The position numbers and the translations under genes were made by a program. The notes below the pieces were generated by a model. The model had not been told where the DNA came from and made no database searches. It saw only the letters and a program-made list of their open reading frames with translations. From assembly GCF_055900595.2 (NCBI RefSeq), contig NZ_CM148325.1: a DNA stretch of 64,000 bases. One strand, 5' to 3'. Shown in pieces: positions 39,984 through 49,932 of the stretch (within the stretch, counting starts at the first letter, position 1; each line of letters starts with the position of its first letter).

Positions 39984-41411
39984 TTAGACGATCTCTTCCG
40001 CGTACTGCCAAAGCGCTTTTAACAGTGCCACTTTCTCTTTGTCATCGGCATATTGTTGTGCCAGCATCTGCAATTCATCTGCATAACCCTGTAAAAACTC
40101 TGGCGTGAAGACCTGGCGGCGGTGCTCCAGCCAGCGTTGCTGCTCGGCATAATCCAGCGTCCCCGGGAAGTTGCGCGCCCGATAATTGAACAACAGCTTT
40201 TCAATCCGTTTATCGACAAAAGTGATATCCAGTGCCGGTAAATTACGCGGCTCGGTTTCCAGCACAATTTTCATTGCTGCACGATCGGCGTCACTGAAAA
40301 AGCCGTTATAAAGCTGTGCATCCACGTTATCTGAAGGCGTAAACGGTTCGGCTTCCGCGAATATCGCCACCACTTTTTCGCGCACTTGCGGATTTTCACG
40401 CAGAATTTTCAGGTTATTGAGGCAATGCTGACGATTAATTCCCAGTCGGTCGGCATCTTCCGGGCGTAGCGTATTCGCCTGGGCCAGCACCGGACATTTA
40501 TTGATATGCACCAGCTTAACCGGAACGGCGGCGTTATCGCCAAGATCGGTTTTTGCGGTATATAAACGCTCGCGCAATGTGTCGCTATCCAGTTCCAGTA
40601 ATGGCGAAATGTCTCCTGCCAAATCCACCATAATTACGGCATTGCGATTTTCAGGATGCCACGCCAGCGGTGCCACCCAGCTGGTATTGCCGCGCCATGC
40701 CCCAAACATTCCGGAAACGTGCACCAGGGGTTTCATCTGCGGAACATCAATCAACGCCATCAGTTTGTGTTTATTACGATGGGTAAAGAGATATTCAAAC
40801 AGGCGTGGCTGACGCGTTTTTACCAGTTTCGCCATCGCAATAGTGGCGTACACATCAGCCATCGCATCGTGGGCGTTGCTATGTTCAATTCCATTCGCTT
40901 TGGTTAAATGCTCAAGGCGAAAGCTCGGTAGACCGTCATCATTTTCAGGCCAGTTTATTCCTTCCGGGCGCAGGGCATAACAGGCACGCATAACATCCAG
41001 TAAATCCCAGCGCGAGTTATCATGCTGCCAGCTCCAGGCGTAAGGATCGTAGAAATTACGATAAAAAACGTTGCGTGTGACTTCGTCGTCGAAACGCACA
41101 TTGTTGTAGCCCAGAATACAGGTCTTCGGTACGTTAAAAAGCGAGTGAATACGGGCGGCAAACGCGGCTTCGTTTTCTCCTTTCGCCCGTGCTTCCTGCG
41201 GGGTAATACCGGTAATTAATACTGCTCCAGGCTGGGGCAAATAGTCATCCGCGGGCTTGCAGTAAAAGACTTCGGGTTCGCCGATGACATTGAATTCGCT
41301 ATCGGTGCGAATGGCTGCGAACTGTGCAGGGCGATCTAACGCGGGGTGCGTGCCAAAGGTTTCGTAATCGTGAAACAAAAAGGTAGATTGTTGCTTACCG
41401 TCATTCATCAT
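39984..41411 (-). CDS. sbcB: Exodeoxyribonuclease I
   Basis: ORF 39984..41483; start taken at MMNDGKQQSTFLFHDYETFG (DnaQ-like exonuclease motif). Confidence 0.92.
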   Translation of the reverse strand: MMNDGKQQSTFLFHDYETFGTHPALDRPAQFAAIRTDSEFNVIGEPEVFYCKPADDYLPQPGAVLITGITPQEARAKGENEAAFAARIHSLFNVPKTCILGYNNVRFDDEVTRNVFYRNFYDPYAWSWQHDNSRWDLLDVMRACYALRPEGINWPENDDGLPSFRLEHLTKANGIEHSNAHDAMADVYATIAMAKLVKTRQPRLFEYLFTHRNKHKLMALIDVPQMKPLVHVSGMFGAWRGNTSWVAPLAWHPENRNAVIMVDLAGDISPLLELDSDTLRERLYTAKTDLGDNAAVPVKLVHINKCPVLAQANTLRPEDADRLGINRQHCLNNLKILRENPQVREKVVAIFAEAEPFTPSDNVDAQLYNGFFSDADRAAMKIVLETEPRNLPALDITFVDKRIEKLLFNYRARNFPGTLDYAEQQRWLEHRRQVFTPEFLQGYADELQMLAQQYADDKEKVALLKALWQYAEEIV

Positions 41412-41619
41412 TAGGTTAAATCCGTTATTTCTGCTGTCTGCCAGAGTATCAAATATCACCGTGCTAATCAGCTTTAGCGCCACAATTTGGCAGCTAGTGG
41501 CAACAGATCATGTCAGATAAAAATGAGAGGGTAGTCACATTTTCTTGCACTTTATTCCAGCCAGTTCATAAGTATTTCCGTAAAAAGAACAGCTATTTGA
41601 AACTCCTGAGGGTTTGCTG

Positions 41620-42786
41620 TTGAAACGCCGTCTTATTATTGCTGCTTCTTTGTTCGTTTTTAACTTATCGTCTGGTTTTGCGGCGGAAAACATTCCTTTT
41701 TCACCTCAGCCTCCAGAGATTCATGCCGGGTCCTGGGTACTGATGGATTACACCACCGGACAGATCCTCACCGCGGGTAATGAGCATCAACAGCGCAATC
41801 CCGCCAGCCTGACAAAGCTGATGACGGGCTATGTCGTGGATCGCGCTATCGATAGTCATCGCATTACGCCAGACGATATTGTCACCGTAGGGCGCGATGC
41901 GTGGGCGAAAGATAATCCGGTGTTTGTCGGTTCTTCACTGATGTTTTTGAAAGAGGGCGATCGCGTATCGGTACGTGATTTAAGCCGTGGTTTAATTGTG
42001 GATTCCGGAAATGACGCTTGTGTTGCTCTGGCTGACTATATTGCCGGTGGGCAACGGCAGTTTGTTGAAATGATGAACAACTATGCCGAGAAGCTGCATC
42101 TCAAGGATACGCATTTTGAAACAGTGCATGGTCTGGATGCACCTGGCCAGCATAGCTCGGCTTATGATTTAGCTGTGCTTTCTCGCGCTATCATCCACGG
42201 CGAGCCCGAGTTTTATCATATGTACAGTGAGAAAAGTCTCACCTGGAACGGTATCACCCAGCAAAACCGTAACGGATTATTGTGGGATAAAACCATGAAT
42301 GTTGACGGCCTGAAAACGGGTCATACTTCTGGTGCCGGGTTTAATCTCATTGCTTCGGCTGTAGATGGGCAGCATCGTCTCATTGCAGTGATAATGGGGG
42401 CTGACAGTGCAAAAGGTCGTGAGGAAGAGGCAAGAAAATTACTGCGTTGGGGGCAACAAAACTTTACTACGGTGCAAATTTTGCACCGTGGGAAAAAGGT
42501 CGGAACGGAACGCATCTGGTATGGCGATAAAGAAAATATCGACCTGGGAACGGAACAAGAGTTCTGGATGGTGCTACCGAAAGCCGAAATTCCACATATC
42601 AAAGCCAAATATACCCTTGATGGTAAAGAACTCACCGCGCCAATTAGCGCCCATCAGCGGGTAGGGGAAATTGAACTTTACGACCGTGATAAACAGGTGG
42701 CGCACTGGCCGCTGGTTACCCTGGAATCTGTCGGGGAAGGCAGCATGTTTTCTCGCCTGAGTGATTATTTCCACCATAAGGCCTGA
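41620..42786 (+). CDS. dacD: D-alanyl-D-alanine carboxypeptidase (PBP6b)
   Basis: ORF 41614..42786; likely TTG start at MKRRLIIAAS; SxxK motif (SLTKLMT) and SGN motif present. Confidence 0.9.
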   Translation: MKRRLIIAASLFVFNLSSGFAAENIPFSPQPPEIHAGSWVLMDYTTGQILTAGNEHQQRNPASLTKLMTGYVVDRAIDSHRITPDDIVTVGRDAWAKDNPVFVGSSLMFLKEGDRVSVRDLSRGLIVDSGNDACVALADYIAGGQRQFVEMMNNYAEKLHLKDTHFETVHGLDAPGQHSSAYDLAVLSRAIIHGEPEFYHMYSEKSLTWNGITQQNRNGLLWDKTMNVDGLKTGHTSGAGFNLIASAVDGQHRLIAVIMGADSAKGREEEARKLLRWGQQNFTTVQILHRGKKVGTERIWYGDKENIDLGTEQEFWMVLPKAEIPHIKAKYTLDGKELTAPISAHQRVGEIELYDRDKQVAHWPLVTLESVGEGSMFSRLSDYFHHKA

Positions 42787-42904
42787 CCTTTCTTTTGCAG
42801 CAGACTGGCAGGAGTGCGAGTCTGCTCGCATAATCAACACTCATTCCTTGTGGTTTTAATATTGCAACTATACTGTATATAAAAACAGTAATAATGGAGG
42901 CGTC

Positions 42905-43378
42905 ATGAACTACGAGATTAAGCAGGAAGATAAACGTACCGTTGCAGGTTTCCATCTCGTTGGCCCGTGGGAACAGACGGTAAAGAAAGGTTTTGAGCAG
43001 TTGATGATGTGGGTAGATAGCAAAAATATTGTGCCGAAGGAGTGGGTTGCTGTCTATTACGACAATCCGGATGAAACACCCGCCGAAAAATTACGCTGCG
43101 ACACCGTCGTGACGGTACCGAATAACTTTACGCTCCCCGAAAACAGTGAGGGCGTCATTCTGACAGAAATTTCAGGTGGTCAATATGCGGTGGCGGTGGC
43201 TCGTGTAGTCGGTGATGATTTTGCTAAACCCTGGTATCAGTTCTTTAATAGCCTCTTGCAGGACAGTGCTTATGAAATGTTACCAAAGCCCTGCTTCGAG
43301 GTTTACTTGAACAATGGCGCGGAAGATGGGTACTGGGATATCGAAATGTATGTTGCGGTGCAGCCAAAACATCACTAA
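42905..43378 (+). CDS. sbmC: DNA gyrase inhibitor
   Basis: 157-aa [28 protein letters not shown]; GyrI-like. Confidence 0.92.
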   Translation: MNYEIKQEDKRTVAGFHLVGPWEQTVKKGFEQLMMWVDSKNIVPKEWVAVYYDNPDETPAEKLRCDTVVTVPNNFTLPENSEGVILTEISGGQYAVAVARVVGDDFAKPWYQFFNSLLQDSAYEMLPKPCFEVYLNNGAEDGYWDIEMYVAVQPKHH

Positions 43379-43575
43379 TTCATCTCAGGGCGGTGTGTTG
43401 ACGCGAAGACCACTCTTTTTTTGAAAGCGAAAAGAGTAAGATGCGCCTTTCAATTTTTTCGCTCCTGCCGGGAAATTACACTGTTCCCGGTTTGTCCGTC
43501 GGATAATTCAGAGGCGCGCCTTCTGGCCGACAGATGAGTTATGAGCGCTTTTAATCTTCATTACGGAGTTTCTGC

Positions 43576-44634
43576 GTGCGTGCCGATAAGTCATTAAGCC
43601 CGTTTGAAATCCGGGTATACCGCCATTACCGCATTGTGCATGGTACTCGGGTCGCGCTGGCATTCCTGCTCACTTTTCTCATTATCCGCCTGTTTACTAT
43701 CCCGGAAAGCACCTGGCCGCTGGTCACCATGGTGGTGATTATGGGGCCAATCTCGTTCTGGGGGAACGTTGTCCCTCGCGCATTCGAACGTATTGGCGGT
43801 ACGGTGTTGGGGTCGATTTTAGGTCTTATCGCTCTGCAACTGGAGTTAATCTCGTTACCGCTGATGTTAGTCTGGTGCGCGGCGGCTATGTTTCTTTGCG
43901 GTTGGCTGGCGCTGGGCAAGAAACCGTATCAAGGTTTATTGATTGGGGTGACGCTGGCAATTGTTGTTGGTTCCCCGACAGGTGAAATTAATACGGCGTT
44001 ATGGCGAAGCGGCGATGTGATCCTCGGCTCTTTACTGGCAATGTTGTTTACCGGTATCTGGCCACAACGGGCGTTCATCCACTGGCGCATTCAACTGGCA
44101 AAAAGTCTGACCGAGTATAATCGGGTCTATCAATCTGCATTCTCACCGAACTTACTCGAACGCCCGCGTCTGGAAAGCCATCTACAAAAACTCCTGACCG
44201 ATGCCGTGAAAATGCGTGGGCTGATTGCGCCCGCCAGCAAAGAAACCCGTATTCCAAAATCGATATATGAAGGTATCCAGACCATTAATCGCAATCTGGT
44301 TTGTATGCTGGAGTTGCAAATCAATGCGTACTGGGCCACGCGCCCCAGCCATTTCGTGTTATTGAACGCGCAAAAACTTCGTGATACCCAGCATATGATG
44401 CAGCAAATACTGCTGAGCCTTGTTCATGCGCTGTACGAAGGTAATCCGCAGCCGGTTTTTGCCAATACGGAAAAATTGAACGATGCTGTGGAAGAGCTGC
44501 GTCAGTTGCTGAATAACCACCATGACCTGAAGGTTGTGGAAACACCAATCTATGGTTATGTGTGGCTGAACATGGAAACGGCACATCAGCTTGAGTTGCT
44601 ATCGAATCTGATTTGCCGGGCCTTGCGCAAATAA
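43576..44634 (+). CDS. yeeA: FUSC-family inner membrane protein
   Basis: 352-aa ORF in the conserved core position. Confidence 0.88.
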   Translation: MRADKSLSPFEIRVYRHYRIVHGTRVALAFLLTFLIIRLFTIPESTWPLVTMVVIMGPISFWGNVVPRAFERIGGTVLGSILGLIALQLELISLPLMLVWCAAAMFLCGWLALGKKPYQGLLIGVTLAIVVGSPTGEINTALWRSGDVILGSLLAMLFTGIWPQRAFIHWRIQLAKSLTEYNRVYQSAFSPNLLERPRLESHLQKLLTDAVKMRGLIAPASKETRIPKSIYEGIQTINRNLVCMLELQINAYWATRPSHFVLLNAQKLRDTQHMMQQILLSLVHALYEGNPQPVFANTEKLNDAVEELRQLLNNHHDLKVVETPIYGYVWLNMETAHQLELLSNLICRALRK

Positions 44635-44805
44635 TTCCTGAACTTCAGAATCATCTTGCTGCTGCTTCGATTCAGCAAGGATAAAGGGTATGATAGTGAA
44701 AAGGGATAAAAGCATTGTCATCTGCGGCAGCTATGAGTAATGTTGGCCCTAACGAATAGCGGTTGCTTAAACGAATCCGACTCTCACATTATCAGGGGTA
44801 TAAAA

Positions 44806-45135
44806 ATGGAAACTACCAAGCCTTCATTCCAGGACGTACTGGAATTTGTTCGTCTGTTCCGTCGTAAGAACAAACTGCAACGTGAAATTCAGGACGTTGA
44901 GAAAAAGATCCGTGACAACCAGAAGCGCGTCCTGTTGCTGGACAACCTGAGCGATTACATCAAGCCAGGGATGAGCGTTGAAGCAATCCAGGGCATCATC
45001 GCCAGCATGAAAGGTGACTATGAAGATCGCGTTGACGATTACATCATCAAAAATGCCGAGCTCTCCAAAGAACGCCGCGATATCTCCAAAAAGCTGAAAG
45101 CTATGGGCGAAATGAAAAACGGCGAAGCGAAGTAA
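44806..45135 (+). CDS. yeeX: UPF0265 family protein YeeX
   Basis: ORF 44740..45135; start taken at [14 protein letters not shown] (109 aa). Confidence 0.88.
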   Translation: METTKPSFQDVLEFVRLFRRKNKLQREIQDVEKKIRDNQKRVLLLDNLSDYIKPGMSVEAIQGIIASMKGDYEDRVDDYIIKNAELSKERRDISKKLKAMGEMKNGEAK

Positions 45136-45235
45136 TTCCCGTTTTATTCAATGAGGGTTGCTCGGCAACCCTCATTGCTCATTGATTCTTATCTGTGTAT
45201 CACCGTCATCATTCTCATCTGAGAACCAATCGAAA

Positions 45236-45418
45236 TTAACAACAGCCTTCTTCTGTATGCAGCAAGGCAAAAAGTTCTGTAACTCCATTGTTATTAACTG
45301 CACTGGTTACTAACACGTTGTGCGCTCCAGCTTCCCGTAACCAACTTTTCACCAAAGATATTTGTTCCATGCTGGCTAAATCTGCTTTGGTTACTACTCC
45401 AATGACCGGGTGATTCAT
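45236..45418 (-). pseudogene. Putative EutP/PduV-like GTPase C-terminal fragment
   Basis: The C-terminal 60 aa of ORF 45236..45592 (MNHPVIGVVTKADLA...GVTELFALL) resemble a EutP/PduV C-terminus; the N-terminal part of that ORF is antisense to an IS remnant and is likely spurious. Confidence 0.35.
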
Positions 45419-45474
45419 GGCCCGGTAGGGCGTTTTTACCTCTAATTCCTGCTTCAGCGCTGAGATTCCTGCTT

Positions 45475-45648
45475 GTTGCCGGAAAAGCAGGCACCTGCCG
45501 TCTGAACGGTATCGATCCGGAAGCGTATCTGCGCCATATTCTGAGCATACTGCCGGAATGGCCCTCCAACCGTGTTGACGAACTCCTGCCATGGAACGTA
45601 GTTCTCACCAATAAATAAGCGTCAATACGGTGCTCCGTTGACGCTTAC
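45475..45648 (+). mobile_element. IS66-family element remnant (3-prime end: transposase C-terminal fragment plus terminal inverted repeat)
   Basis: Plus-strand translation ...CRLNGIDPEAYLRHILSILPEWPSNRVDELLPWNVVLTNK* parallels the C-terminus of the intact IS66 transposase at 56160..57731 (…[30 protein letters not shown]…); terminus ...accgtattgac...cgcttac matches the IS66 end at 56130. Confidence 0.6.
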
Positions 45649-46032
45649 TTTAATCCGTTTTCTGAGCTTAGATTTTTCTGTTCCTACCCAGACCGTGGAT
45701 TTGGAATTCATTTTTTGTCAGGTCAATGCTAATCGTTAAAACGGCCATAACGCACCTCCACTGGAAGGTTTATCAGTAATATCCTACCGTTGCTTCATGG
45801 TCGGGGCGTCCATTCCATTATTATCGGTTTTCCTTTCTGTTTATAAATGAAAACGCCAGCTGTATTCAGGCTGGCGTCAGGGGAAATGAAGCCTGTTGAG
45901 TGAGATTCACCGCTTCTGGTGCAGAAGCTGCAGATGGCGCAGGGTAAGGACATCTTCTCTTGCCTGCTTAATACAGGACAACAGTGCTGTTTCTGTGGTT
46001 AATGGCACTATACCCTGCATCACTGCATTGTC

Positions 46033-46227
46033 TTACAGCAACTGGTGAGGGCTGGCATAAGTTGCCGGTGTTTCGGTAGAGTCACGGTCATCCACCACGC
46101 GGAGTGAATAACCTTTTTCAGCGGCCTTATTAATCAGTTCAGTGATATTAACACCATCAATGTCAACGACAATGTGCCCCATATCCAGCGCCTGTACGTT
46201 AACGCTGTCGGCTTCCAGTGTCATCAT
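46033..46227 (-). CDS. yeeW: CP4-44-type island protein YeeW
   Basis: 64-aa ORF MMTLEADSVNVQALDMGH...; start overlaps the cbtA stop (ATGA). Confidence 0.75.
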   Translation of the reverse strand: MMTLEADSVNVQALDMGHIVVDIDGVNITELINKAAEKGYSLRVVDDRDSTETPATYASPHQLL

Positions 46228-46597
46228 TTCGCCTCCGGATACTTACCCAGGGTAATGTTATTTACCGTTCTGTAATTGTCGCGGGTCATCAGGCCGGTCG
46301 CCCTGCGAGCCCGGAGGATATCGATGCTGTTTATTAACTGAGAGCGGGTACAGGCGCTGAATCCCGGCTGGTCGGTAGCACCAGCGCGTATTTTTCCACG
46401 AGAAAGTTCACCGCATCACACAGTGAAATGCCTGCCTCAATATGCTGCTCAATCACACGTTCATCGGCAAAAGGTGTGTCATTCAGTGTGAGGCCATAGT
46501 GCTGGTCCAGCAGTCGGGACAGCAGTATCTGCCAGATTTCAACAGGAGACGGGCGAGAACTGGTCGCCTGCCCGGGTAATACAGGTAATGTTTTCAT
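46224..46597 (-). pseudogene. cbtA: CbtA (YeeV) type IV toxin, frameshifted
   Basis: N-terminal 73 aa in ORF 46334..46597 ([10 protein letters not shown]...VEKYALV); the C-terminal part (…LMTRDNYRTVNNITLGKYPEAK*) is readable in another frame; total span is 374 nt, not a multiple of 3; apparent 1-bp deletion near 46377. Confidence 0.7.
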
Positions 46598-46685
46598 ACT
46601 GAAGATTTTCCTGATATGCAGATATAAAAATGGAAAAGTGGCGTGGTGAAAACACCAGGCCGTAGCAGAAGGCTATTCTGGAGAG

Positions 46686-47054
46686 TTAATTTTTCATTTC
46701 GGGCGTCGGATAAACAGCCAGATAAACGTAACCACAACTGCTGAGGGTATCGGCTTTGCAGGTCAGCCCTTTTGCATACAGCGTGACGGTATGCTGATGG
46801 CGGGGATTCAGTTCACCGCTGGTGAGCATGAGTTCCAGTTGTTTCATCAGCAGCGGAAAGGCCTGGTCCAGGTGGTACGCATCTGCATCGCTGAACAGGC
46901 CTCTGATACCGGCGCGGTCGGCAAGGTAATGCAACCGGTTACCCTCCTGCACCAGACGTGCCCCGAAACAGGGCGTCACGGTGCAGGGCAGCCCCCACCA
47001 GGGGCGGTCGTGATTGTCGTCGGGAAGTGTTGTCCCGGGGAGTGTGTCTGACAC
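46686..47054 (-). CDS. cbeA: CbeA (YeeU) antitoxin of the CbtA/CbeA system
   Basis: 122-aa ORF MSDTLPGTTLPDDNHDRPWWGLPCTVTPCFGARLVQEG...; apparently intact. Confidence 0.88.
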   Translation of the reverse strand: MSDTLPGTTLPDDNHDRPWWGLPCTVTPCFGARLVQEGNRLHYLADRAGIRGLFSDADAYHLDQAFPLLMKQLELMLTSGELNPRHQHTVTLYAKGLTCKADTLSSCGYVYLAVYPTPEMKN

Positions 47055-47127
47055 GATAAAATCCTTACAGAAAATCGGCTAAGAATGGTCCGGTAGTGGC
47101 GATAATTCTGCTCATCAGAATTCCCAC

Positions 47128-47349
47128 TCAGTTCAGGGTGACGCTCATCAGCCGGACATACGGACCAAAACTGTCCTTACGGCGTTCAGCAAACACGGCC
47201 AGCACACCGGGAATATCCTGCACTTCACGACCGGTATACGCTTCAGCACTGCCGTGCCAGCGGTATTTACCGGTACAGAACGGAAAAAGACGGGATGTCG
47301 GATGTTGTTGGTGAATACGCATGGCTTCACCACGGGTGATAATTTTCAT
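47128..47349 (-). CDS. yeeT: DUF987-family island protein YeeT
   Basis: 73-aa ORF in conserved order upstream of cbeA. Confidence 0.8.
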   Translation of the reverse strand: MKIITRGEAMRIHQQHPTSRLFPFCTGKYRWHGSAEAYTGREVQDIPGVLAVFAERRKDSFGPYVRLMSVTLN

Positions 47350-47411
47350 AATGGGATACCTCTGAAGACAGAAGATAAAAGTGAAAACAGGTGTGATGTG
47401 GTTGTGAAGGG

Positions 47412-47888
47412 TTAAAGCAGACCATGTTCGGCAAAGGAGAAAACCTGGTTGCCACCGACTATCAGATGGTCCGGCACCCGGATATCCACCAGGCCCAGTG
47501 CCTGTACCAGACGTTCCGTGATAAGGCGGTCTGCCTTACTGGGTGTGACTTCACCGGAGGGGTGATTGTGTGCCAGCACCACGGCAGCGGCATTGTGGTA
47601 CAGGGCGCGTTTAATCACTTCCCGGGGATGGACTTCCGTGCGGTTGATGGTGCCGGTAAAGAGGGTTTCACCGGCAATCAGTTGATTCTGGTTATTCAGA
47701 TACAGCACCCGGAATTCTTCACGCTCCAGTCCCGCCATGTTCAGAATCAGCCATTCCCGTGCTGCACGGGTGGAGGTGAAGGCCACGCCGGGTTCATGAA
47801 GATGGCGGTCCAGGGTTTTCAGGGCCCGTTGAATGAGGCTGCGCTCGCCGGGCGTCATCTCTCCGGGCAGAAAGGAAAGTTGTTGCAT
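47412..47888 (-). CDS. yeeS: RadC-like JAB-domain protein YeeS
   Basis: ORF 47412..47903; JAMM-like motif HNHPSG; start position uncertain. Confidence 0.82.
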   Translation of the reverse strand: MQQLSFLPGEMTPGERSLIQRALKTLDRHLHEPGVAFTSTRAAREWLILNMAGLEREEFRVLYLNNQNQLIAGETLFTGTINRTEVHPREVIKRALYHNAAAVVLAHNHPSGEVTPSKADRLITERLVQALGLVDIRVPDHLIVGGNQVFSFAEHGLL

Positions 47889-47903
47889 TGTGCTTCTCTC
47901 CAT

Positions 47904-48383
47904 TCAGTCGATGATGCGCATAATGGCGCTGCATTCCGGATGCTGCAGGGCGTAATCCCGCAACCGGTAATAATGGACCGTCATGGCATAATTCTCCGTA
48001 CGACAGGCATGATGACTGTACGTCATCAGACAGGCGGCAATACCGGCGGCTTCCGGGCTCATTTCTGCGCGGTTACCGTTCATGGCATTGAACAGTACCC
48101 ATGTTTCGTCATCATCGTCATCCGGTTCGGGTGCCATAAATGCCCCGCCGTTGTTCAGGGTGTACAGATTCCAGATACCACCGCAGTAGTCTTCGCACAG
48201 ACGGTCCATCCAGCCGAAGACACGGGGCTCCAGGGTCACCCACTGTGGAATGAGGCCAAAATGCTGCGGCCAGAAGCTGATGCGCTGTTCATCAGGGACG
48301 AGGCTGGCAACCAACTGAGGCGGATTATTCTCTGGTGTTGTAGCTGAATAAATTGTGGGGGTATTCTGAGAAACGGTTTTCAT
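47904..48383 (-). CDS. Antirestriction protein (ArdB/KlcA-like; YfjX/YafX family)
   Basis: 159-aa ORF with an acidic stretch (EPDDDDDETW), in the position typical for antirestriction genes of CP4-like islands. Confidence 0.75.
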   Translation of the reverse strand: MKTVSQNTPTIYSATTPENNPPQLVASLVPDEQRISFWPQHFGLIPQWVTLEPRVFGWMDRLCEDYCGGIWNLYTLNNGGAFMAPEPDDDDDETWVLFNAMNGNRAEMSPEAAGIAACLMTYSHHACRTENYAMTVHYYRLRDYALQHPECSAIMRIID

Positions 48384-48464
48384 GAGATAACTCTTTAAAT
48401 AACAAATAAATGTGTGTTTTTCAGGAACGAAAGCTGAATGATTCCCTCACTCAGGGAAACGGCA

Positions 48465-49286
48465 TCAGCGCAGGCTCTCCAGCATCGTTTCTGCCATCAC
48501 CCACAATGCGCGATTGAGCTTAATGTCGGTATCAATGCTGTGAATGGCCCGGGTATGGATACGTTTTCCTTTTGCACTGCGACCGGAAATCCCGCCTTTC
48601 AGCATATTCTCCTGGATGGTCTGATATGCGCTCCACAGGTCCTTACCGTAATCCTCCCGGCGTCGCGGCGTCAGAATGTCGGCGGTGGTGACGGGCTGAT
48701 GTTCGTCACCATAACGGTAAGTCAGTGCCGCCTGTGCCAGCGCCTGGCGTGCCGGTGGCGGCAGGACCAGAGACTGCATGGCATCACGCTTCTCCTCTAT
48801 CCGGTCAAACACGCCCACCACCTCGTAAGCCCCTTCGATAACTTTCTCCACTACATTTCCCCGGTGTGGAACACGCACTTCCCCCAGAGACTGGCCACAG
48901 ACGCACCCGTTCTGGCAGACGAACCTGAAGTAACCCGGCAGCATCTGGTAGCTGGAGGTACCGTCATGAGAGTTGAGCAGAATAATTTCAGGGACATGTT
49001 CTCCGTTTATCTCTCCGGCCCGCCGCAGACGCAGCATGTGTTTTGTGTATCCCCGGCGGCCCGGGTCGCGCACACGGGTCTGGCAGGCGAAGAACGGCTG
49101 AAAGCCTTCCCGCTGCAGATTTTCCAGGACGGTAATGGTGGGAATGTACGCATACCGTTCACTGCGGGAGGTGTGCCGGTCTTCCCCAAAAATACTGGGT
49201 ACATGGCGTATCAGTTCTTCATGTGTCAGCGGACGGTCACGGCGTATCTGGTTTGCAGCATAACCAAAACGACTTGCTAATCGCAT
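48465..49286 (-). CDS. DUF932-family protein (YafZ/YfjQ-like)
   Basis: 273-aa ORF typical of CP4-type islands. Confidence 0.7.
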   Translation of the reverse strand: MRLASRFGYAANQIRRDRPLTHEELIRHVPSIFGEDRHTSRSERYAYIPTITVLENLQREGFQPFFACQTRVRDPGRRGYTKHMLRLRRAGEINGEHVPEIILLNSHDGTSSYQMLPGYFRFVCQNGCVCGQSLGEVRVPHRGNVVEKVIEGAYEVVGVFDRIEEKRDAMQSLVLPPPARQALAQAALTYRYGDEHQPVTTADILTPRRREDYGKDLWSAYQTIQENMLKGGISGRSAKGKRIHTRAIHSIDTDIKLNRALWVMAETMLESLR

Positions 49287-49331
49287 ACTTTGCTCCTTAT
49301 CGGTGGTTAAGATTTACTGGTGCAATAAATG

Positions 49332-49368
49332 AAAAAAGCCGCGTCTCCCGGAGAAGACGCGGCCTGAC
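49332..49368 (-). terminator. Rho-independent terminator downstream of the minus-strand secreted-protein genes
   Basis: gccgcgtct...agacgcggc hairpin with a U-run on the minus strand. Confidence 0.55.
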
Positions 49369-49506
49369 GGGTGAAATGAATAAGGTTTATTGTCTGAGAG
49401 GCCTTTCACTGGCGAGCCACGCATTAAGCGGCTTTCCGGTAACAATGGCTGGGGCTGTATTTACCTTTGATATTAATAATGTGCAGAGAAACGCATGGTT
49501 TACTCC

Positions 49507-49917
49507 TTAGATTTTAAGTTTGTCCTGGGCTACAACGACAGGTTTTCCGGATGTGTCGATGACTCCTACCGTCGGTACGCCATTTTTGATTTCGAAGAAC
49601 GGTTTGTTGCTACCTGAGCACAGTTGATTGTCCCCGTATTCAATCATTTGTGCTTTCCCGGTTTTCAGGTTAACTACCGAGACAGTGTAGTCGTAGCACC
49701 AGGCACCACCACGTTCAAGCACGAAAACATAGCTGTTATCTTTATAGTTGAACTGATTCTTTGTCTGGCAATTCATACCGTCAATTTCGGTACAGGAAAA
49801 CGCTTCTGTAGTATTAACGTATTTGATGTTATTTGGCAGTTTTACTTGTTTCGCAGTAGCGAAGACAGAGAACAGAATAGTTACAGCAACGAGTAAAGTT
49901 TTGATAAAAGTTTTCAT
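49507..49917 (-). CDS. Small secreted Cys-containing protein, unknown function
   Basis: 136-aa ORF with a clear signal peptide (MKTFIKTLLVAVTILFSVFATA); low-GC gene. Confidence 0.6.
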   Translation of the reverse strand: MKTFIKTLLVAVTILFSVFATAKQVKLPNNIKYVNTTEAFSCTEIDGMNCQTKNQFNYKDNSYVFVLERGGAWCYDYTVSVVNLKTGKAQMIEYGDNQLCSGSNKPFFEIKNGVPTVGVIDTSGKPVVVAQDKLKI

Positions 49918-49932
49918 GATAGACTCCTTAAA

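Noticed and set aside
45140-45180. Rho-independent terminator after yeeX
   Set aside because: The gagggttgc...gcaaccctc hairpin is clear but is not followed by a convincing T-run, so I did not list it as a terminator.
47424-48347. 307-aa plus-strand ORF spanning yeeS and the antirestriction gene
   Set aside because: Antisense across two independently recognisable minus-strand genes; Gly/His-rich translation typical of a shadow frame.
48438-49280. 280-aa plus-strand ORF opposite the DUF932 gene
   Set aside because: Antisense to the better-supported 273-aa DUF932 ORF; no distinguishing motif.
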